Shown here piece by piece: positions 56,743-62,283 of a stretch of 62,283 nt of DNA (position 1 is the stretch's first letter; the number at the start of each line of letters is the position of its first letter). The notes under the pieces are model-generated. The model was not told the origin of the DNA. It made no database searches and was given only the letters and a program-made list of their open reading frames with translations. The stretch is from a phage. Location: sequence record PZ793367.1. One strand, given 5' to 3'. Both the position numbers and the translations under genes were made by a program.

Positions 56743-57139
56743 AATTAGTACCTTTGATTGAGCAGGTTAGAAAGAGATCCATAACATCATTCGTCCACTG
56801 TTCCCGGTCGCCTTCCTGATCGGCCAGTTTGAACATCTCCACATTGGGCGCTACCAGGTAGACCCCGGTTGTCGTGAATGACAGGCGCACGCTGGAGTAA
56901 TTGAGGCATTCATTGACAGCGTGACGCGTGTCATCGGTGCACGTTCTCGTACTCCACATAAATTTGAACTTGCTATCAGGACGGTGGACACGCACAGCCA
57001 TCTCACCGTCTGCCGTCTGCACAATACCGTAATGCCTCCCGGTTGACTGGTAGCGCACCCTGGCCGCTTTGATAGCCGCCGGGATAGACGTATATCGCCG
57101 ATAACCCGGCGCGCCTTTAAGCTGGTTGGGATGCGGCAT
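56735..57139 (-). CDS. hypothetical protein sharing a motif with the downstream gene
   Basis: SVRLSFTTTGVYL...MFKLADQ...EQWTNDVM. Confidence 0.5.
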   Translation of the reverse strand: MPHPNQLKGAPGYRRYTSIPAAIKAARVRYQSTGRHYGIVQTADGEMAVRVHRPDSKFKFMWSTRTCTDDTRHAVNECLNYSSVRLSFTTTGVYLVAPNVEMFKLADQEGDREQWTNDVMDLFLTCSIKGTNYA

Positions 57140-57452
57140 CGGCTGAACCCCAGGCGCGATCTATCAGTCCTTGCAGCGCTCCCAGTTGTGTAGCGTGGTA
57201 CCCGGCATCGCCCGGATCGCGGTCAACGTAGGCCCAGGCGTGGCCCTCAGTAGTCCGGCGCACCTTGCCGAACGCTACGTTGTTGGCGTCAACGAGGGTA
57301 TAGGTTATGGTGTGTTTACCCTCGCGCACCATGCGCCAGCCTTTAGGAATGCGTAACTGTTGCCCGTAATACTCAAAGATTGAATAGTTGACGTCGTCAA
57401 TCTGTGCTATCAGGTCTACCAGGGCGGCGCGGATCTCTGCAATAGTTTTCAT
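57117..57452 (-). CDS. small protein of the xPxGW family
   Basis: LRIPKGWRMVREGKHTITYTLVD ... ALQGLIDRAW. Confidence 0.5.
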   Translation of the reverse strand: MKTIAEIRAALVDLIAQIDDVNYSIFEYYGQQLRIPKGWRMVREGKHTITYTLVDANNVAFGKVRRTTEGHAWAYVDRDPGDAGYHATQLGALQGLIDRAWGSADAASQPA

Positions 57453-58069
57453 AATTCATTGGCCTTATTGTTGAGCCACTTGATGGCGTCTTGTTGAGTT
57501 TTAAAAGTGGTTTTGTATTTGCAATCCCACCAGATTGCATGGTCACCGTTTAACTTCCGGTATGCTGATCCACGTCTGAAGCCGCGCTGGTCGCTCAGGG
57601 TGATGGTGTCGCTTTCATGGTTGATGGCTATAACCCAGCCTTTAGGCAGATTTACCGGTACGCCCAGGAAATGCGGCTGATTCTCGGCTGGCACGTTGAC
57701 GGAGGCATTACTCAGGCAGCATAACGCGCCCGGTAAATGACTGAAGTCGCCAATAGTCACACCGTCAAAGCTGACGACATAACGGTTGGTTGTTTTTGTC
57801 TTGCATACGTGACCACGTTGACGCGTCCGGTCATGCAGGGTAAACACTACACAGCCTTGAGTGTGCTGTACCAGATCCCAATACTCAGGGAATGCGATAG
57901 ACACGCCGCAGACATCAATGATTCGCGTATTTGGTGCAGCGTCAACATGCGGCGTTAAGTGCGCGATGATTGCGTCAAGCGCCTCGATTAACTCATAAGC
58001 CGGGGCCGTCTTCGGGATAATGCAGGCATAATCATCCCGCAGGTTCTGATAGTAGCTTAAAGTTTTCAT
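57449..58069 (-). CDS. protein with C-terminal xPxGW-family domain
   Basis: VNLPKGWVIAINHESDTITLSD ... QQDAIKWLNNK. Confidence 0.5.
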   Translation of the reverse strand: MKTLSYYQNLRDDYACIIPKTAPAYELIEALDAIIAHLTPHVDAAPNTRIIDVCGVSIAFPEYWDLVQHTQGCVVFTLHDRTRQRGHVCKTKTTNRYVVSFDGVTIGDFSHLPGALCCLSNASVNVPAENQPHFLGVPVNLPKGWVIAINHESDTITLSDQRGFRRGSAYRKLNGDHAIWWDCKYKTTFKTQQDAIKWLNNKANEL

Positions 58070-58320
58070 TTGGTTAATCCCTCGATTGCCTCACGGGCGT
58101 GACGCTTTGCGTCGCCGTAAGCGTTGGGCGAATACTGCGACGTTTCATGACCAGCAAACCACGCGTTAACTAATAGCTCTTTGATTAGCTCACTGTTGAG
58201 CAGGTCAAACGCGCCGTTAGTGTAAGGGTGCGTGTAAGGATTGGCCTTATTACGCTGCGTAGGGTCGCTATCTTTATCAGTCATGTGGGCGTTGTTGATC
58301 CACTTCTCGAACTCTGTCAT
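58066..58320 (-). CDS. hypothetical protein
   Basis: 84-aa ORF. Confidence 0.5.
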   Translation of the reverse strand: MTEFEKWINNAHMTDKDSDPTQRNKANPYTHPYTNGAFDLLNSELIKELLVNAWFAGHETSQYSPNAYGDAKRHAREAIEGLTK

Positions 58321-58493
58321 TTAAATTTACCCTCCAGTATTTTAGCGATGACCGCATCAATCCACATATCACGCTGCGACGGCTCATAGGTGTGGCTGAG
58401 CACCTGGCCGATAGTAGCACCTGGGGCAAACGTGGTAATCAATATCACTGTATGCCCGATAAACTTTAATTTAATGTTACTGATTGTTTGCAT
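58317..58493 (-). CDS. small ORF (58 aa) flanking the paralogue array, unlisted in ORF track
   Basis: ATG overlaps the end of the upstream paralogue, ATGA overlap with downstream gene; weakly similar to the 56-aa ORF at 59318-59488. Confidence 0.35.
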   Translation of the reverse strand: MQTISNIKLKFIGHTVILITTFAPGATIGQVLSHTYEPSQRDMWIDAVIAKILEGKFK

Positions 58494-58767
58494 GGTCTTT
58501 CACCCACTTGATGCGCTCAGGGTTAAGGTGCATGGTCGCGCCGTCAAACTCTATTTCGAATCGGTATTCACCGCCGAACGGGTAGATCGGATCGAGTCCA
58601 GCCTCTTCCAGTTGCTTCTTAATATGCCAGCGCGGCAGGCAATACGGCGCTTGCGTGACTGACATACATAATCCAACGTGACGATAGAACGGCTGGCCTT
58701 CCGGCGCGCCTTTATCCAGCCAGGCGGCATAGTCGTTATAGAATTGCTGTAATAATTTATTTTGCAT
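58477..58767 (-). CDS. paralogue 3 of tandem YPFGG-motif family
   Basis: MQNKLLQQFYNDYAAWLD...YPFGG...HLNPERIKWVKDHA. Confidence 0.6.
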   Translation of the reverse strand: MQNKLLQQFYNDYAAWLDKGAPEGQPFYRHVGLCMSVTQAPYCLPRWHIKKQLEEAGLDPIYPFGGEYRFEIEFDGATMHLNPERIKWVKDHANNQ

Positions 58768-59044
58768 GGTCTTTCACCCATTGAACGCGTAAAGGGTTGA
58801 GGTGCATAGCCCGATTCTCTAAATCTATATCGAACTGAGGCACGCCGCCGAACGGGTATAATGAATCGAGTCCGGCCTCCGCAAACTGTTTTTTAATTTC
58901 GTTAAGAGGTACGCGGTACGGTCGTTTCATTGCTTGCGAGCATAAACCCTCGCCGCGCGTAAATTGCTTATCGTCTTCCGGCGCGCCAGCGTCAAGCCAG
59001 GCCGCGTAGTCGTTATAGAATTGCTGTAAGTTTTTATTGTGCAT
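58757..59044 (-). CDS. paralogue 2 of tandem YPFGG-motif family
   Basis: MHNKNLQQFYNDYAAWLD...YPFGG...HLNPLRVQWVKDHA. Confidence 0.6.
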   Translation of the reverse strand: MHNKNLQQFYNDYAAWLDAGAPEDDKQFTRGEGLCSQAMKRPYRVPLNEIKKQFAEAGLDSLYPFGGVPQFDIDLENRAMHLNPLRVQWVKDHAK

Positions 59045-59321
59045 GGTCTTTTACCCACTTGATGCGTAAAGGGTTGATGTGATGGTCGCTATTGAATGAC
59101 TTAGTAAGATAATCCGCCTCACCGTCATTGAAAGGATACTGAAAATCAAGACCAGCCGCCTCGAACTGGCGACCCATCTCGATATAAGCGTCACGGTCGC
59201 CGCCGAACTTCCCCAGGTTATGACATAACCCAGCGTCTCGATAAAACGGTTGTTTGTGTGGCGCGCCAGCGTCAAGCCACGCGGCGTATGCGTTATAGAA
59301 TGCCTGTAATAATTTATTCAT
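59034..59321 (-). CDS. paralogue 1 of tandem YPFGG-motif family
   Basis: MNKLLQAFYNAYAAWLD...YPFNDG...HINPLRIKWVKDHA. Confidence 0.6.
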   Translation of the reverse strand: MNKLLQAFYNAYAAWLDAGAPHKQPFYRDAGLCHNLGKFGGDRDAYIEMGRQFEAAGLDFQYPFNDGEADYLTKSFNSDHHINPLRIKWVKDHAQ

Positions 59322-59488
59322 TTCAATAAATCCTCGATTGCTAAGTGGATGCCTACCAGCCGCGCCCGGTCACGCTGGGCTTTAATGCGGCTCACTACAG
59401 TGGCGAGGGACTCCCCGCCGTACAGGGTGATTTTAAACAGGGTGGTCACCCGGCTGTTATATTTTGCGCAAAGCACGTAAGGCTTCAT
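59318..59488 (-). CDS. small ORF (56 aa) flanking the paralogue array, unlisted in ORF track
   Basis: MKPYVLCAKYNSRVTTLFKITLYGGESLATVVSRIKAQRDRARLVGIHLAIEDLLK; overlaps both neighbours. Confidence 0.35.
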   Translation of the reverse strand: MKPYVLCAKYNSRVTTLFKITLYGGESLATVVSRIKAQRDRARLVGIHLAIEDLLK

Positions 59489-59753
59489 TGTAGTATTCCG
59501 TCATTTCAATTTTCATGTGGTGGCTTACGCAATCCTCGTTGGCCCATACTAGCCAGTCGCTCGGTAATGCGCAGGCAATGAACTCCTGCCAGTAGTCATA
59601 ATCGCGCTGGCTGAGCGTACCCATTGCCGCTATTTTGTTGCGTACATCGAAACCAGCGTTAAAGATTTGCTGACAGATAGCGGCCAGGGTGGGGCGCAGT
59701 GCCAGTTTGCGGAAGTAGCGCGCGTCTTCAGCGTCGATAATTTGATTGGTCAT
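59457..59753 (-). CDS. hypothetical protein
   Basis: 98-aa ORF. Confidence 0.5.
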   Translation of the reverse strand: MTNQIIDAEDARYFRKLALRPTLAAICQQIFNAGFDVRNKIAAMGTLSQRDYDYWQEFIACALPSDWLVWANEDCVSHHMKIEMTEYYNEALRALRKI

Positions 59754-59800
59754 GATTGCATCTCCTGTTAAGGGTGGGGCACGATGGCCCCGGTGGTTGA

Positions 59801-60745
59801 TTATAAGCCGTTAATGCGGTTGGCGTAGCTCACAGCGTTGTATTCGTCGTCGAACTCGTACAGGTGCTTACCGTCGAGCATTACGAAGTGACGACCTTTG
59901 TCAGTGCTGTACACGGCGCGCCCGTTGGTGATAGTGGTGTAAGCGTTGATGTCTGCCTCTGTTACCTCCAGCGCGCCCATGTTGATGAGGTTGCGGATAC
60001 CGATCTGAATGTCGACCCACTCGCGCGACTCGTTAACCCAGCGATAAACGAAACCTGACTTGCTCACCTTGTATACGGAGTCAGCCACGAAGTAACGCGG
60101 GGTTTCTTTATTGATGAAGTCGGTCAGTTGCTGTTGCTTACGCTCGAACTCTTTGCGGTTAAACTCGACCGTCAGATCCAGGTCTTCACCAGCATATAAA
60201 TGTTGCGGCGCTTTCGCCAGGTCACACAGGTCATTGTGATTGGTGATGCGTGCGTCGTGACCGTCTACGATACGCTGCGCCATACCTGCCAGCAGGTTAG
60301 CGGTGCGCTCGCGGTCCATTTTAAACGCTTCATCATGAGCGGCGGCAATGGAGTTACCGGAAAACTCGCGGTTGTCCTTGCCGTCCCAGCCCATACGGGA
60401 ATCACGGGAGTTAAGCTCAATGATGGCCGCCTCCAGGCGCTCAATCAGCTTAGCGCGACGGGTAGGAGTGGAGAAAGACAACCCGGTGTTAGCTTCGAAG
60501 TTAATGCGGTTCCACTCGGCACAAATAGCGCCAATAGCAGTTGTGTTGTCGCGAATCATACGTTCAGCAGTCTGGATCAGGAAAGTGATATTTACAACAA
60601 CAACTGAGGCCTTACCGTAATTAACGCGAACCATCATATCTTCCAGGGTAGACATGCAAGCCTCGCCGCTTTCATAGGTGCCGTGGTCGTTGCTGGTGAA
60701 AGTGATGGTTGATTTACCGTCTTTGATGATTACTGGAAATTTCAT
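59801..60745 (-). CDS. hypothetical protein (314 aa)
   Basis: ATG at 60745 (MKFPVIIKDG) preferred; upstream extension overlaps intergenic hairpin. Confidence 0.5.
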   Translation of the reverse strand: MKFPVIIKDGKSTITFTSNDHGTYESGEACMSTLEDMMVRVNYGKASVVVVNITFLIQTAERMIRDNTTAIGAICAEWNRINFEANTGLSFSTPTRRAKLIERLEAAIIELNSRDSRMGWDGKDNREFSGNSIAAAHDEAFKMDRERTANLLAGMAQRIVDGHDARITNHNDLCDLAKAPQHLYAGEDLDLTVEFNRKEFERKQQQLTDFINKETPRYFVADSVYKVSKSGFVYRWVNESREWVDIQIGIRNLINMGALEVTEADINAYTTITNGRAVYSTDKGRHFVMLDGKHLYEFDDEYNAVSYANRINGL

Positions 60746-60794
60746 TTTGTTTCTCGCTCTTATTGAGGGTGGGGCCGATGGCCCCGTCAAGTTA

Positions 60795-60977
60795 TTAATA
60801 GAAAGATACGTAAGTCGCAATGCCTTTGGCGTCATCGTTAGGCAGCGCCTTGATTGCCAGGTCGTAACCTGCATCGACTTTGGCCTTTGCGCTTTCCTCG
60901 CTGTAACCCCACATTGTCAGAATGGTCACTACGTTTTCTTTATTTACTACTTTGAGCGCTTTGGTGATACGTGCCAT
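60795..60977 (-). CDS. hypothetical small protein
   Basis: 60-aa ORF just downstream of promoter P1. Confidence 0.4.
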   Translation of the reverse strand: MARITKALKVVNKENVVTILTMWGYSEESAKAKVDAGYDLAIKALPNDDAKGIATYVSFY

Positions 60978-61015
60978 TTTGTTTCTCTCTTTCGTTAATT
61001 GGTTGGTGCAATCTA

Positions 61016-61044
61016 AATATAATTAGTGGCGTCCCTGCCGTCAA
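61016..61044 (-). promoter_or_regulatory. sigma70-like promoter TTGACG-17-TATATT
   Basis: -35 at 61039-61044, -10 at 61016-61021; member of the conserved early-promoter family. Confidence 0.5.
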
Positions 61045-61049
61045 GTGTT

Positions 61050-61790
61050 TTATTTATGATTTTGTGACGCGCTTAACACTTTTTTGCGTGTTTCCTTACG
61101 GTGGCGGCAGTAGTCGAGATAAGCCGCCTTAAGTGGCGCGGCGATATGTGGCAGGATGTCGTGATGGCCTCCGGCACGTTGCACACCCATGATCATTTCA
61201 TTTAGTAACCACTGAGCGAAGTCGGGCCGCTCCATTACATCACGACCAGTAAGGAGGCGATCACCGCCTGGCATTAAATGCTTTGCGTCAGTGTAACGAA
61301 CCGACCATTGACCGCCGTCCGGTCGAGCGGCCAGGGCTGGGATTTGCTGATAGTAATGCTCACAGCCTTTAGCTGGCGCATGGTTGACCCACATGATTAA
61401 GGATGTGTCAGAATGATAAGCCTTCGCACGGTTACGCCGGAACGCATCACGCTTTACCGCTGCACAATGTGTACACCCGGCGTTAAGCGTATATTTGATT
61501 GTATTACTGCACACCTTACACGGTCGCCCGGTGTATGTGCTCTCTCCTTTATGTACAGCGATCTCCCTGGCTAACTTAGCTTTCTGGTATTCCCTGCTAA
61601 CATTCTTGTCCCTTGCACACTGCACACACCCACGGCTGGAAACGTAGCGTTCACGCTCCCCACAATGGCGGCAAGGATTCTTCGCGAGGAATACGGCAGC
61701 CTTGCGCGTCGGAAGCTGTGCCCCGTCCACGGTGTCATCTACCAGGTCGGCCCCGTAGTGGTTCATGATGTCGTCAATGTTGATGGTCAT
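61050..61790 (-). CDS. Cys-rich zinc-binding protein, first gene of leftward early operon
   Basis: Four CxxC pairs (CRHC, CVQC, CKVC, CTHC) in the N-terminal half; AGGAAA RBS. Confidence 0.5.
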   Translation of the reverse strand: MTINIDDIMNHYGADLVDDTVDGAQLPTRKAAVFLAKNPCRHCGERERYVSSRGCVQCARDKNVSREYQKAKLAREIAVHKGESTYTGRPCKVCSNTIKYTLNAGCTHCAAVKRDAFRRNRAKAYHSDTSLIMWVNHAPAKGCEHYYQQIPALAARPDGGQWSVRYTDAKHLMPGGDRLLTGRDVMERPDFAQWLLNEMIMGVQRAGGHHDILPHIAAPLKAAYLDYCRHRKETRKKVLSASQNHK

Positions 61791-61802
61791 TCTTAGTTTC
61801 CT

Positions 61803-61852
61803 GTGGTTGTTGATAGAATCTTAATTATACCTTTATCACGATGATTAAGTAA
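61803..61852 (-). promoter_or_regulatory. candidate early promoter with perfect TATAAT
   Basis: -10 TATAAT at 61824-61829 (minus strand), -35 TTACTT at 61847-61852, about 27 nt before the first early gene. Confidence 0.4.
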
Positions 61853-62008
61853 AACATTACTAACTACCGAAAACCTACATAATCACTGATTAAGGCAGGT
61901 TTACATTTTCTTAAGAGATAACTTAATCTCACCTAGCGTGAAAATAAAAACTAGACTTAACCAATGGTTTTGTAGGTTTCCCGTAGTTAGTAATGTATTA
62001 CTTAATCA
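61842..62008. repeat. 38-bp imperfect inverted repeat pair (arms 61842-61879 and 61971-62008)
   Basis: Arms match at 35 of 38 positions, separated by 91 bp; left arm overlaps the -35 of the candidate early promoter. Confidence 0.7.
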
Positions 62009-62221
62009 CTGACATTTACTACAAGAAAGCGCCAACCCGTGGCCTCTTCTCTTAAAGAGCGCCAGAAATTTTCTTCAAACGTTTACCTTAATCAAACGCT
62101 CAAAGAGTTACCTTACTCCTTCAGTTGCTCAAAGTTTAACCAATTCCCGTAGCGCTACACGAAATCTGAGAAAGCGGCAAGGTAAGACACCTGGCCTTTT
62201 TACGCAGATGCGCGGTATTTG

Positions 62222-62237
62222 TGTGACGCAGGTCACA
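62222..62237. promoter_or_regulatory. CRP-like palindrome TGTGA-N6-TCACA
   Basis: TGTGAcgcaggTCACA about 46 nt before the window end; would lie upstream of the first gene if the genome is circular or permuted. Confidence 0.35.
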
Positions 62238-62283
62238 GTGTTAAGCTATGCAGGTGATCACAAACACATAAAGGAATGACGTC

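Noticed and set aside
59800-59805. Perfect TATAAT on the leftward strand at 59800-59805 as a promoter.
   Set aside because: It overlaps a stop codon, the corresponding -35 (CTACGC) is poor, and it is followed immediately by a hairpin.
1-62283. Temperate lifestyle or integrated prophage with flanking host genes.
   Set aside because: No integrase, excisionase, CI-like repressor with peptidase domain, att-like tRNA fragment or host housekeeping genes were found; gene content is entirely phage-like.

Overview
The 62.3-kb window reads as a complete or near-complete genome of a virulent tailed phage with an enterobacterial-type host signature (AGGAG-like ribosome-binding sites). No integrase, repressor, tRNA, CRISPR array or phage RNA polymerase was recognised, so it probably relies on host sigma70 RNA polymerase. 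All functional calls are motif recognition by eye; no database search or folding was possible. Layout: (i) 1-29,028, rightward late operon: small and large terminase, an accessory receptor-binding cassette between terminase and portal, portal, scaffold, major capsid, tail-tube-like proteins, two tandem paralogous tail fibres, low-complexity internal proteins and a 2,197-aa giant virion protein. (ii) 29,145-29,739, two small rightward membrane proteins. (iii) 29,736-38,984, leftward block: CsrA homologue, holin, GH108-like endolysin, MazG, DNA polymerase, SSB-like protein, Cas4/RecB-like nuclease. (iv) 39,126-44,854, rightward replication block: SF2 helicase, VRR-NUC nuclease, primase-helicase, Dam-like methyltransferase. 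(v) 44,868-61,790, leftward early region of about 50 small genes, including PhoH, a DnaQ-like exonuclease, a HAD phosphatase, a truncated C5-methyltransferase-like protein, exported and tiny membrane proteins and several paralogue families, driven by a conserved family of sigma70-like promoters. (vi) 61,791-62,283, regulatory region with a 38-bp inverted-repeat pair, a perfect TATAAT and a CRP-like palindrome. The most notable candidates are the phage CsrA homologue, an unannotated tiny-membrane-peptide plus lipoprotein cluster, a tandem paralogue array, and a candidate -1 frameshift site at the start of a virion gene.
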